A DNA stretch of 64,000 bases from an uncultured Endomicrobiia bacterium (GCA_937936785.1 CALDDQ010000011.1:18251-82250); one strand, 5' to 3'; shown: positions 46,550 to 56,477, numbered from the stretch's first letter. Numbers and translations: made by a program. Notes: generated from the sequence alone by a model not told the origin.

Positions 46550-48115
46550 TCATTCCCATTCAATTGTTGCAGGAGGTTTTGAAGTAATGTCATAAACTAT
46601 ACGATTAACCCCTCTTACTTCATTAATAATTCTATTAGAAATTTTACATAATAATTCATATGGCAACTTGTACCAATCAGCAGTCATTGCATCTTGAGAT
46701 TCTACAGCACGAATCGCAACTACATTTTCATAAGTTCGCATATCACCCATTATACCAACAGTTTTAACTGGTAATAAAACTGCAAACGATTGCCAAACCT
46801 TTTTATATAATCCACTAGATAAAATTTCTTCTTCAATAATTTTATCAGCTTGTCTAAGCAAGCATAATCTTTCTTTTGTAACATTACCAATAATTCTTAT
46901 AGCCAATCCTGGACCAGGAAATGGATGTCGGCACAAAATATCTTCAGATAAACCTAACCTTTTCCCTAACAACCTAACTTCATCTTTGAACAAAAATTTT
47001 AGTGGTTCAATTAGTTTAAATTTTAACTTTTTTGGTATACCACCAACATTATGATGTGTCTTAATAGTCTTTGATGGACCTTTAATTGACATACTTTCTA
47101 TTACATCGGGATATAATGTTCCCTGCGCTAAATAAGAAATTGTAGGTTTAATTTTTTTTACTGTATGTTCAAAAACTTCAATAAAAGTTTTACCTATAAT
47201 TTTACGTTTTGTTTCAGGATCAGTTATATTATTGAGTCTACGAAGAAATATATTTTTTGCATCAATAATATGTAAGTTATTCTTAATAAATGATCTTGAG
47301 AATATTGGAAGCAAAATTTTTTTTATCCGTTCTTTCTCTCCAAAACGTAATAATCCATTATCAACAAAAATACAATGTAATCTTTCTCCAATAGCTTTAT
47401 ATAAAAGTGTTGCAACAACTGTAGAATCTACTCCACCAGATAAAGCACATATTGCATAAGAATTACCAACTAAAAAACGAATTTCTTCTATTGAACTTTT
47501 AATAAAATTTTCAATTTTCCAACTCTGTTTTTCATTACAAACTAAAAAAACAAAATTTTTTATTATCTGTAAACCATTTTGCGTATGTTTTACTTCTGGA
47601 TGAAATTGTAGTCCGTAAATTTTTTTTTGTTCGTTTTCAAATGCTGAAATTAAACCATTTTGTGTCACAGCAACTTTTTTAAACCCATTAGGTAAAATTT
47701 TTACATTATCCGTATGACTCATCCACACAATAAAATTATTGGTTGAAATATTTCTAAATAACAAACTTTTATTACTAAAATTAACTTTTATTAACCCATA
47801 TTCGCGAATTTTTCCTCTGACAACTTTTCCACCTAACATATTTCCCAATAACTGCATACCATAACAAATACCTAAAATTGGAATATTATTTTTAACAAAA
47901 TAATCTAATACTTTTTTAGATATCTTTGGTGCATTTTTTTTATATACACTATCCGGACCACCAGAAAAAACTATACCTTTTATTTCACATATTTTATTTC
48001 TAATATCTGATATACTAATATTGTATGGATAAATCTCACAGTAAACTTTTATCTCACGTATTCTTCTTGCAATAAGTTGGGTATATTGACTACCAAAATC
48101 TAATATTAATATCAT
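46550..48115 (-). CDS. guaA: GMP synthase (glutamine-hydrolysing)
   Basis: 521 aa; [14 protein letters not shown] (PP-loop) and the C-terminal ...PPATIEWE. Confidence 0.95.
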   Translation of the reverse strand: MILILDFGSQYTQLIARRIREIKVYCEIYPYNISISDIRNKICEIKGIVFSGGPDSVYKKNAPKISKKVLDYFVKNNIPILGICYGMQLLGNMLGGKVVRGKIREYGLIKVNFSNKSLLFRNISTNNFIVWMSHTDNVKILPNGFKKVAVTQNGLISAFENEQKKIYGLQFHPEVKHTQNGLQIIKNFVFLVCNEKQSWKIENFIKSSIEEIRFLVGNSYAICALSGGVDSTVVATLLYKAIGERLHCIFVDNGLLRFGEKERIKKILLPIFSRSFIKNNLHIIDAKNIFLRRLNNITDPETKRKIIGKTFIEVFEHTVKKIKPTISYLAQGTLYPDVIESMSIKGPSKTIKTHHNVGGIPKKLKFKLIEPLKFLFKDEVRLLGKRLGLSEDILCRHPFPGPGLAIRIIGNVTKERLCLLRQADKIIEEEILSSGLYKKVWQSFAVLLPVKTVGIMGDMRTYENVVAIRAVESQDAMTADWYKLPYELLCKISNRIINEVRGVNRIVYDITSKPPATIEWE

Positions 48116-48124
48116 ATTATTAAA

Positions 48125-49285
48125 TTACTTTCCCATACCAACTCTTTGTGCCAGTTGATAAGTTTTTCCCTCAGATTTAATCTCTGGTGCAATAATTAGT
48201 TGTGCTAATTGTAACTCTCTAATATTTTTTGCTCCGACATTCCCCATACAAGTTTTTAATGCACCTACCAAATTTTGTGTTCCATCATCAGTTTTTGCCG
48301 GACCTAAAAGAATTTCTTTAAGAGAACCAGTCGTTCCAACATTAATTCTTGTACCTCTAGGTAAATAAAAATGTGGCATAGCCATTCCCCAATGGTACCC
48401 TTTCCCTGGAGACTCTTTTGCTTTTGCAAATCCGGTACCAAACATTACAGCATCAGCTCCACTAACAAATGATTTACAAATATCACCACCAGTAATCATG
48501 CCACCATCTGTAATTATTGGCACATAACGACCAGTTTTTTTAAAATAATAATCTCTCGCCTTTGAACAATCTACTGTTGCAGTAACTTGTGGAACACCTA
48601 TACCTAAAACTTGTCTTGTGGTACACGCAGCACCAGGTCCTACTCCAACAAGAACAGCAGATGCTCCTATTTCCATCAATTGTAGTGCTACATTATAAGT
48701 TACACAGTTGCCAACAATTACTGGTAGACCACTATATTTACATAATTTCTCTAAATTTATATTTTCATAACGAGAAGATTGATGATTTACTGTTACAACT
48801 GTTGCCTGTACTACAAAAATATCAGCTCCAGCATCTTTTGCAATTTTAATATTTCTTGTTGCATTCTGTGGAATAGAAGATACAGCACAAACTACTTTAT
48901 TTTTTTTTATTTCTCTTATTCTTTCATAGATTAACCTTTCTTTAACAGGTTCTTTGTATATTTTTTGTAATACTTCTGTAACATTTTTTACTTTTGGGTC
49001 AATAATTTTTTTAATTTGTTCATAAGGATTTTCATATCGTGTATAAATACCATCTAAATTTAACACTCCCAGCCCATTAAGTTCTCCTAATGCAACTGCC
49101 ATTTTTGGGTCCACAACACCATCCATCGCAGAAGCTATAAATGGTATATCAAACTTAAACCCACATAATTCTAAACTAATATCAACATCTTCAGGATCAA
49201 TAGTAACAGAACCCGGAACTATTGCAACTTCATCATAACCAAAAGCTCGTCTTACTTCTTTATCTCTTCCAATGAAAACTCCCAT
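48125..49285 (-). CDS. GuaB3-type IMP dehydrogenase-related protein (no CBS pair)
   Basis: 386 aa. The N-terminus GRDKEVRRAFGYDEVAIVPG... and the overall layout resemble the short GuaB3 subfamily. The catalytic-loop-like sequence is GVGPGAACTTRQVLGIGVPQ, followed by GGMITGGD. Confidence 0.75.
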   Translation of the reverse strand: MGVFIGRDKEVRRAFGYDEVAIVPGSVTIDPEDVDISLELCGFKFDIPFIASAMDGVVDPKMAVALGELNGLGVLNLDGIYTRYENPYEQIKKIIDPKVKNVTEVLQKIYKEPVKERLIYERIREIKKNKVVCAVSSIPQNATRNIKIAKDAGADIFVVQATVVTVNHQSSRYENINLEKLCKYSGLPVIVGNCVTYNVALQLMEIGASAVLVGVGPGAACTTRQVLGIGVPQVTATVDCSKARDYYFKKTGRYVPIITDGGMITGGDICKSFVSGADAVMFGTGFAKAKESPGKGYHWGMAMPHFYLPRGTRINVGTTGSLKEILLGPAKTDDGTQNLVGALKTCMGNVGAKNIRELQLAQLIIAPEIKSEGKTYQLAQRVGMGK

Positions 49286-49455
49286 ATTTTTTCCTCCTTG
49301 CTCTAAAAAAATCTATTTCTAACTTTACACAAAAATTATACTTATATATATTCGTTTAAAAAAAGTTTTTTTTATAATATATTGAATTTTGAAAAAATTA
49401 TATTTTTAGTTATAGAAAATCAACAAAACAAATAGTTTTTAAATTAAAAAAAAAT

Positions 49456-50019
49456 TTACTTTGGTGGTGTAATAGTTTTTTGTGACTGATATTTACCTTT
49501 TTTATTCTTGTACGAAATTTTACACATTTTTTCTGACTTAAAAAAAATAAGTTGTGCTATACCTTCGTTACAATAAATTTTTATTCTATAACTTAACGGA
49601 TTTACTATTGAAATTGTAACATACCCTTCCCATTCCGGTTCTAATGGTGTAACATTTACTATTAATCCACATCTAGCATAAGTTGACTTGCCAAATACTA
49701 CTACCAAAATATCTCTTGGAATCTTAAAATATTCCAAACTTTTTGTCAAAACATAACTTTTTGGTGGTATAATTATAAAATTATTCTTATCATCAACCTT
49801 TTTGAATTTTTCCAAACTAAAATTTTTAGGATCAATTAAAATATTTTTATTTTCTTTCATTATATAAAATTCATTACTAATTCGCATATCATATCCATAA
49901 GAAGAAACACCAAAAGAAATTTCTCCACTAACATTGTTTAACCGTGTATCTTCAAAGGGATAAATCATATCTTTTTCTAAAGATAATTTTTTTATTTCTA
50001 AGTCTGATAGGATTGTCAT
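49456..50019 (-). CDS. dcd: dCTP deaminase (dUTPase-fold)
   Basis: 187 aa starting MTILSDLEI, with VSSYGYDMR, GKSTYARCGL and PLEPEWEG. Confidence 0.88.
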   Translation of the reverse strand: MTILSDLEIKKLSLEKDMIYPFEDTRLNNVSGEISFGVSSYGYDMRISNEFYIMKENKNILIDPKNFSLEKFKKVDDKNNFIIIPPKSYVLTKSLEYFKIPRDILVVVFGKSTYARCGLIVNVTPLEPEWEGYVTISIVNPLSYRIKIYCNEGIAQLIFFKSEKMCKISYKNKKGKYQSQKTITPPK

Positions 50020-50051
50020 AAATATATTTATATATTCTTTCTACAAAAATT

Positions 50052-52376
50052 CTACAAACATTTAGAAAAACCACAAGAAGCACATGTAGTACAACCTTCT
50101 CCCATTTTTAGAATTTCACCACACTCTGGACATTGAGGATTAATACCAAAATTATTTTTTTGTTGATTTGTTTCATCAAACAATGAAGGCACATTCTTTT
50201 CTTTCATATAAAGTTCCAACGCTTTAGCTAATGCATCTGCACATGATAAAGTTGATTCACCTTGATAAATTATTGGCGATGGACAACGAATACCTTTTAG
50301 TTGTTTCACTATTGATTCTGGCTTAATACCACTACGTAATATCAAAGATATTAATCTACTTATAGCTTCTGCCTGACTAGCAGTACATCCTCCACTTTTA
50401 CCCAAAGTAGAAAATGTTTCACAAGTGCCTATATTGTCTTCGTTGATAGTAACATACATATTTCCACATCCAGTAACCATTTTTATTGTCATACCAGAGG
50501 TAAATTTTGGTCTTGGTCGTGGATCTTGTTTTAGTTGTTGAAAGTGTTTTTTAGATGTATCGTTAGAAGATAAATTTAAAACCTGCTGGTTTCTTGAGCC
50601 ATCTCTATAAATTGTTATTCCTTTACAACCAAGTTTGTATGCTAAAAAATAAATTTTTTCAACATCTTCTTTTGTAGCAGAGTTAGGTAAATTTATAGTT
50701 TTTGAAACTGCATTATCAACAAATTTTTGAAACGCAGATTGCATTCTGACATGCATCTGTGGAGTAATATCCATCGCAGTAACAAAAACTTCTTTTATTC
50801 TTTCAGGAATTTTTTTAATATTTTTTAAACTACCTTTTGAAATTACTTCCTCCAAAAGTTCTTTACTGTATAATCCTTCTTCTTCTAATGCTTGTTTAAA
50901 ATAAGGATTTAGTTCAAACATTTCTTCCCCATCTAAAATATTTTTTCTCAAAAAGGCCAATGCAAAAATTGGTTCTATACCACCGGATGCGTTTGCTATG
51001 ATACCAATAGTTCCTGTAGGCGCAATTGTTGTTAAAGTAGCATTACGACGTGGTTTACCGTTTCTAAAATTACTCTTGTTAAAATTTGGGAAACTACCAC
51101 GTTTTTGTGCAATCTTTTCTGAAGTTTCAATTGCAATTGTTCGAATATATTGAGCAATTTTTTCTGCTAACTGTAGTGCTTCTTTCGAATCATAAGGAAT
51201 ACGTAGTTGAAATAACATATCTGCAAATCCCATTACACCTAAACCAACCTTGCGATTAGAAAGTGTAACTTCTTTAATTTTTTCTATTGGATACTGATTA
51301 GCATCTATTACATTGTCTAAAAAATGAACTGCAACTTCAATAACAAATTTTAATCGTTGCCAATCTATCTCTACTTCACTAGATTTTTTTATAATCATTT
51401 TTCCAAGATTTATAGACCCTAAATTACAAGATTCATACGGCAAAAGAGGTTGTTCGCCACAAGGGTTTGTAGATTCTATTTCCCCAATTTCCGCAGTAGG
51501 ATTTGTTTTATTTATTGTATCAATAAATATTATGCCCGGTTCACCATTTAACCATGCTTGTTCTACTATAGCATTAAAAATTTCTCTAGCATTAATTCTT
51601 TTTACAACACTTTTTGTTTTTGGATTAATCAATTCATACTCATCATTTCTCTCAACTTTTTGCATAAACTCATCTGTGACAGCAACAGATATGTTAAAGT
51701 TACTCAATTCTCCTTCTTTTGTCTTACATTTTATGAATTCTAGTATATCTGGATGATCAACTCGCAAAATGCCCATGTTAGCACCACGCCTACGACCACC
51801 TTGTTTAATAGCTTCTGTAGCTGCGTTGTAAACTTTCATAAACGAAATTGGTCCTGAAGAAATACCACAAGTAGTTTTTACAACATCGTTTGACGGTCTT
51901 AGATTAGAAAATGAAAAACCTGTGCCACCACCTGTTTTATGTATAAGAGCTGTATTTTTTAAAGTTTCAAAAATTGATGCCATAGAATCTTCAATTGGCA
52001 GCACAAAACAAGCAGATAATTGTTGAGATAATGTGCCAGCATTCATTAATGTAGGCGAGTTTGGTAAAAACTCCAATTTTGTCATAACTTCATAAAATTG
52101 AACAAAACTTTTTTGTGGGTCTTCTGAATAATTCTTATCTATATCAGAAATAGTTTTTGCTACACGTTTAAACATATCTTCTGGTGATTCTATAATTTTT
52201 CCATTTCCATCTTTTAACAAATATCTTTTTTCTAATACTGTTAAAGCATTTTTAGTAAGTCGCGGTTTTAACATATTTTCTATCAAACAATTACTCTCGC
52301 TCAAATCAATATCGTTATCATGTTTAATTATTTTCTTATTAATATCAATTTCTTTTGTTTCTACTTCTTGGGTCAT
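50052..52376 (-). CDS. nrdJ: Adenosylcobalamin-dependent ribonucleotide reductase (class II)
   Basis: 774 aa; LPNSPTLMNAG, NPCGEQPLLPYESCNLGS and TIAPTGTIG. The C-terminal CxxC...CxxC tail (CPECGEILKMGEGCTTCASCGF) is a feature known in many class II RNRs. AGAGGAAA SD upstream. Confidence 0.92.
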   Translation of the reverse strand: MTQEVETKEIDINKKIIKHDNDIDLSESNCLIENMLKPRLTKNALTVLEKRYLLKDGNGKIIESPEDMFKRVAKTISDIDKNYSEDPQKSFVQFYEVMTKLEFLPNSPTLMNAGTLSQQLSACFVLPIEDSMASIFETLKNTALIHKTGGGTGFSFSNLRPSNDVVKTTCGISSGPISFMKVYNAATEAIKQGGRRRGANMGILRVDHPDILEFIKCKTKEGELSNFNISVAVTDEFMQKVERNDEYELINPKTKSVVKRINAREIFNAIVEQAWLNGEPGIIFIDTINKTNPTAEIGEIESTNPCGEQPLLPYESCNLGSINLGKMIIKKSSEVEIDWQRLKFVIEVAVHFLDNVIDANQYPIEKIKEVTLSNRKVGLGVMGFADMLFQLRIPYDSKEALQLAEKIAQYIRTIAIETSEKIAQKRGSFPNFNKSNFRNGKPRRNATLTTIAPTGTIGIIANASGGIEPIFALAFLRKNILDGEEMFELNPYFKQALEEEGLYSKELLEEVISKGSLKNIKKIPERIKEVFVTAMDITPQMHVRMQSAFQKFVDNAVSKTINLPNSATKEDVEKIYFLAYKLGCKGITIYRDGSRNQQVLNLSSNDTSKKHFQQLKQDPRPRPKFTSGMTIKMVTGCGNMYVTINEDNIGTCETFSTLGKSGGCTASQAEAISRLISLILRSGIKPESIVKQLKGIRCPSPIIYQGESTLSCADALAKALELYMKEKNVPSLFDETNQQKNNFGINPQCPECGEILKMGEGCTTCASCGFSKCL

Positions 52377-52591
52377 AGTTTTATTTCCTCTAAAAAAAAT
52401 TTTTTTACATCAAACATAAAAACTTTAAAAAAATTTATTGTTTAACAATGTGAACATATTATTGAATATAATTTTATGAAACAAAATTAATATTCTATTT
52501 AACTATCAAGCAAAAGAGTGTGCTCTAATTATTCTGTATTATAAACATATTTTTATCTTACAGAAATATTTTTACGCATTATTAACAAAAC

Positions 52592-52638
52592 ACCCAATAT
52601 ATTGTATGTCTTTATCTTTGTTAGACTATATATAGTAT
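52592..52638 (-). promoter_or_regulatory. Two tandem NrdR-box-like palindromes upstream of nrdJ
   Basis: Box 1 at 52592-52607 is ACCCAATATATTGTAT. Box 2 at 52623-52638 is AGACTATATATAGTAT. Each has about 2 mismatches to the acaCwAtATaTwGtgt consensus as I recall it. The centre-to-centre spacing is 31 bp, the typical NrdR tandem spacing. Confidence 0.55.
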
Positions 52639-52654
52639 TTAATTGGTTTGTCAA
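52627..52654 (-). promoter_or_regulatory. Putative nrdJ promoter (TTGACA-N16-TATATA) overlapped by NrdR box 2
   Basis: On the minus strand, TTGACA is at 52654-52649 and TATATA at 52632-52627. This implies an AT-rich leader of about 240 nt before the ATG at 52376. Confidence 0.45.
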
Positions 52655-52987
52655 TAGGTTGTTAAAAAAAAATTAAACTACCAAAATCATAGCTAAAATT
52701 TTATCTGTATTTTCTTTAGTTAAATAAAATTTTTTTAATATCTTAAAATTTTTTAAATTTAAATTATTCAAATCTGGATTTATCAAATAAATTAAAAATA
52801 AAAGTTCATTTTTTTTAGATCTTTTTCTATATTTTTATTAAAAAACATAAAAATTATGTGGGTTTTTAAAACTATAAAAAAAAAGAATAAGTAAAGTTAG
52901 AAATATTTATTAAGATTAAAAATAAGTATATACTTGCTATTAAAATAATAATTATTTTTTTCATTTTTTATATTGTCTATAAATGAA

Positions 52988-53440
52988 CTAATGATGTTCT
53001 TCATTAGTTTGACATTTAATACAATATCTTGCCCAAGGCAATGCCTTAATTCTTTTTATAGATATATTTTTTTTACAACATTCACACACTCCGTAATCTC
53101 CTCTATCAATTTTTTCTAGTGCAATAGTTATTAAATTTAACAAATTTCTTTGAGTATCAGTTAACTCATGTAAAATTTCTTTGTCTAAAGCATTTTTAGC
53201 TAAATCAATATCATCCCCAATATCTGGCATAATATCTTCATTTTTATAACTTACTTTTGCAAGTTCGGAGTATTTTGCAATCAAACTTTTTTTACAATTC
53301 AAAATTAAATTTTTGGACAATTTAACTTTTTTTTCACTATCATCTTTTTTGAAACTTTGTTTTGAATAGTTTTGTTTTTTAGATTTTTTACTTTTTGTTG
53401 CATTACTTTTTTTAATTCTTAATTTTTTTTTATTCTCCAT
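52988..53440 (-). CDS. DksA/TraR family C4 zinc-finger protein with Lys-rich N-terminal tail
   Basis: The ATG at 53440 is preceded by a perfect AAGGAG (6-nt spacer); the track start at 53485 is less likely. It has a DxxDxA-like tip (DDIDLA) and the zinc finger CECCKKNISIKRIKALPWARYCIKC. Confidence 0.82.
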   Translation of the reverse strand: MENKKKLRIKKSNATKSKKSKKQNYSKQSFKKDDSEKKVKLSKNLILNCKKSLIAKYSELAKVSYKNEDIMPDIGDDIDLAKNALDKEILHELTDTQRNLLNLITIALEKIDRGDYGVCECCKKNISIKRIKALPWARYCIKCQTNEEHH

Positions 53441-53513
53441 GTAAATCTCCTTAATTTTGAAAATATTTATTTTAAATAATTTCACTAACTAAATATACTA
53501 ATTACAAAAAAAA

Positions 53514-54968
53514 CTATTTTATCACTTTCACTGTTTTTAATTTATCACTTTCCTGGCCACTAATTCTTACTGTAAAAGATATCAAATCTAACAAATATTC
53601 AACAGTATCTTTTGTAATCCTTTCCCCTGGAGTCAATATGGGCAAACCTGGAGGATACGGAGTCAAAGTTTGTGCAGAAATATAACCTACTGATTTTGAT
53701 AAAGGTATACGTTTTGTGTTATGCGAAAAGAATGCGTCCCGTGGTAACATTGCCATCTCAGTAGATAACTGTGGTAAAACTAATTTCCAGGTTTGATGTT
53801 GACCAACATATTTTTTTGAAATATCTTTCAATGCCTCAACCAACTTGTTTATATCTTTTTTTGTAGTTCCAATACCTGTTATAGCAATTAAGTTAAACAT
53901 ATCAGCACAATCAACTTGTATATTATAATCTTTTGCTAGAATATCTTCTACCTCATAACCTGTTAAACCTGTTTTTGTTACATTAACAGTAATCTTTGTT
54001 AAATCTAAATCATTATACTTATTTTGTATTCCTTGCCTTGTTAAAGAAAACATATTTTCTAATTTGTTAATTTCTTCTCTTGCCTTGTTACAATATGAAA
54101 TTAAGTTCCCTAAAATTTTATACCCATACTTTACCACCTGCATTCGTGCAGCATCAATAGAGGCTAAAATAAAATAGTTTGGACTTGTAGTTTGTAACAT
54201 TGAAACAATTTTTTTTACTCGGTTTATATCAATCTGATTAGAATTTATATTTAAAACAGACCCTTGACTTAATGCTGATAAAACCTTGTGTGCAGAATGA
54301 ACATAAATATCTGCCCCAACTTCTGATGCAGAAACCGGTAAATCAGGATGAAATTTTAAATGCGGTCCATGAGCTTCGTCCACCATCAAAATTTTATTGT
54401 ATCTTTTACACACTTCAGCAATTTTTATTAAATCTGTTGTTATCCCGTTATAATTTGGAGAAGTAATAAAAACAGCTTTTGCTTCAGGATAACTTTCAAT
54501 TGCTTTTTCAATTTCTTCCGAAGACACATCATAAATTAAATCAAGCTTCTGGTCTACTTTTGGTTGCAACCATATAGGCCAAACACTGGACAAAATAATA
54601 CCCGCAAGAACCGATTTATGACATACTCTTGATAAAATGACGGAATCTCCAGGATCACAAACTGACATCAACATGGAAATATTACCTACAGAAGAACCAT
54701 TAACTAAAAATATTGAATGCTTGCTATTGTATGCTTTTGCCATTAGTTCTTGAGAAAGTTTTATACAATGAGTAGGATCGTGCAAAGAATCAACCTCTGG
54801 AAATACTGTTACATCCAAATAGTAAACATTTTGTTTTGTAAAATTTTTTAATTTTGGTATTATACTAGCACCATTTTTATGTCCTGGAGTATGAAATGAA
54901 GTAATTTTGTTTTGAGCATGTTTTAATAAAGTATCTAACAACGGTGTCGATGATTGATTAAGTTTCAT
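53514..54968 (-). CDS. Orn/Lys/Arg decarboxylase family PLP enzyme (fold type I)
   Basis: 484 aa; TPGHKNG near the N-terminus, VDEAHGPH, and the PLP lysine region HSAHKVLSALSQGS. Confidence 0.85.
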   Translation of the reverse strand: MKLNQSSTPLLDTLLKHAQNKITSFHTPGHKNGASIIPKLKNFTKQNVYYLDVTVFPEVDSLHDPTHCIKLSQELMAKAYNSKHSIFLVNGSSVGNISMLMSVCDPGDSVILSRVCHKSVLAGIILSSVWPIWLQPKVDQKLDLIYDVSSEEIEKAIESYPEAKAVFITSPNYNGITTDLIKIAEVCKRYNKILMVDEAHGPHLKFHPDLPVSASEVGADIYVHSAHKVLSALSQGSVLNINSNQIDINRVKKIVSMLQTTSPNYFILASIDAARMQVVKYGYKILGNLISYCNKAREEINKLENMFSLTRQGIQNKYNDLDLTKITVNVTKTGLTGYEVEDILAKDYNIQVDCADMFNLIAITGIGTTKKDINKLVEALKDISKKYVGQHQTWKLVLPQLSTEMAMLPRDAFFSHNTKRIPLSKSVGYISAQTLTPYPPGLPILTPGERITKDTVEYLLDLISFTVRISGQESDKLKTVKVIK

Positions 54969-55161
54969 TTGTTCTTAAATTGAATAAAAATTTTAATTTT
55001 ATTGTAAGTATATTTTTATACTTTTTTTGTCAATATTTAGTAATTAAAAATTACATACTAATTTTAAAACTATGTTAAGTTAACAAATTATGTCTTTTAA
55101 AAATAGATGACAAATTATTAAAACACACATAACTAATAAAAAAATTTCTATCTTAAAATTT

Positions 55162-55686
55162 CTATTTTAAGTATTCCGATTTTAACAATTTAAGTATTTC
55201 TTCAGCAAACTTTTGAGCTGCTTGTGGACCAGATGCCGTAATAATATTTTCATCTTTCACTACATCTAAACTAACATACTTTGCTTTTTTTTGTATCAGT
55301 TTATCTTTTTCTGACGGAAAAACTGTTGCTTTTTTATTAACAAGAACACCTGAATTTGCAAGTGTTACAGGAGCAATACAAATTGCACCAATTATTTTTT
55401 TAAGATTAAAACTTTCTTTTATTAAATTATGTGCTATCTCATCATTCCAATAAATACTTGCTCCCGTACCACCAACAAATATTATACCATCAAAATCTTT
55501 TAATTTTATTTCATTATAAAGTAAGTCAGGTTTGGCTAATCCTCCTAACATACCTTTTACTTCAGTTATTACAGTTGAAGCAGTTCTTACTTCTACTCCA
55601 TTTTTTGATAAATAATCTAATGGGACAAAATATTCTTCATCACGGAAATTATTTGGAGCAATTATGAATACAACTTTAAAATTCAT
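55162..55686 (-). CDS. DJ-1/PfpI family protein
   Basis: Nucleophile elbow IGAICIAPV and GIIFVGGTG. The internal ATG at 55686 (MNFKVVFIIAP...) is preceded by AGGAGG 10 nt upstream and gives the usual length of about 175 aa. The longer track ORF (to 55803) would add a signal-peptide-like 39 aa but has no SD. Confidence 0.8.
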   Translation of the reverse strand: MNFKVVFIIAPNNFRDEEYFVPLDYLSKNGVEVRTASTVITEVKGMLGGLAKPDLLYNEIKLKDFDGIIFVGGTGASIYWNDEIAHNLIKESFNLKKIIGAICIAPVTLANSGVLVNKKATVFPSEKDKLIQKKAKYVSLDVVKDENIITASGPQAAQKFAEEILKLLKSEYLK

Positions 55687-55997
55687 ATTTTTAAAACCTC
55701 CTATTGTATTTTTTAGTTGGTATTTTTTATTACTTGAAAATAGGTTATATGATAAAACACAAAATATCAAAATTAAAATACTTAAGTTAATTTTATTTTT
55801 CATTTTTTAACTAGTAAAAATATAAATTTTTTCATTATGTCAAATCTTACTCTAATGTTTATAGACGTTAAAAATATATCATTTGCCAAATTTAATAATG
55901 AAATTTGTTTTAAAACTTGTCATTAGAAAATATTTGTTTTATAACTAAAACAAAATAATACTTTCAAAAAAATAAATATAAATTAAGTATCATTAAA

Positions 55998-56477
55998 TTA
56001 TAATTTATAAATTTTTTGTGAAGAATCTATCAACAAATTTTTCAACTGTAAAACTGTTTTTTTTAGCACTGGATGAACCCAGCCTGGTTCAATTTCTACA
56101 AAAGGGTATAAAACAAATTTACGTTTATGCAATTCTTTATGAGGAATTGTTAAATTAGGAGTTTGTATTATTGAACTATCATAAAATACAATGTCTAAAT
56201 CTATTATCCGATTTCCCCAATGAACAGTTTTTTTTCTACCAAGGAGTTTTTCTATATATTTACACTTTTCTAACAAACTTGCAGGGCCTAAATCTGTGTC
56301 AATTTTTATTACATAATTTAAAAATTCTGGCTGATTTTTGTTTTCCAAAGCAGTAGTGTTATAAAAAGAAGATCGCTTTACAATTTTTGCATAATGTCTC
56401 ATATATTTTAAAGCTTTTAAAATATTATCCTTTTTATTCCCAAGATTACTACCAATAGATATAAATGCTATTGCCAT
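55998..56477 (-). CDS. folK: 2-amino-4-hydroxy-6-hydroxymethyldihydropteridine diphosphokinase (HPPK)
   Basis: 159 aa; IGSNLGN, WGNRIIDLDIVFY, IPHKELHKRKFVL. Confidence 0.88.
   Translation of the reverse strand: MAIAFISIGSNLGNKKDNILKALKYMRHYAKIVKRSSFYNTTALENKNQPEFLNYVIKIDTDLGPASLLEKCKYIEKLLGRKKTVHWGNRIIDLDIVFYDSSIIQTPNLTIPHKELHKRKFVLYPFVEIEPGWVHPVLKKTVLQLKNLLIDSSQKIYKL

Noticed and set aside
41488-49455. A purine riboswitch or T-box-like leader upstream of the pur/gua genes (gaps at 42838-42904 and 49286-49455).
   Set aside because: I could not find the conserved purine-aptamer core or any GC-containing three-way-junction candidate. The gaps look like plain AT-rich promoter DNA.
52377-52620. 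A cobalamin or other riboswitch in the long nrdJ leader.
   Set aside because: The leader is almost pure A/T, with no GC-rich conserved core (no B12-box-like element) and no convincing stems. Riboswitch aptamers stand out as GC islands in genomes like this one, as the tRNA does.
52872-52964. A 30-aa hydrophobic minus-strand ORF (MKKIIIILIASIYLFLILINISNFTYSFFL) in the long gap upstream of nrdJ. It could be a type I toxin-like peptide.
   Set aside because: It has no Shine-Dalgarno sequence and no flanking structured RNA. Ile/Leu/Phe/Lys-rich peptides arise by chance in DNA this AT-rich. I cannot support it from sequence alone.
52655-52987. The AT-rich gap considered as a replication origin or DNA-unwinding element.
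   Set aside because: I found no cluster of TTATCCACA-like DnaA boxes and no dnaA or dnaN nearby. Gene orientation is the same on both sides.
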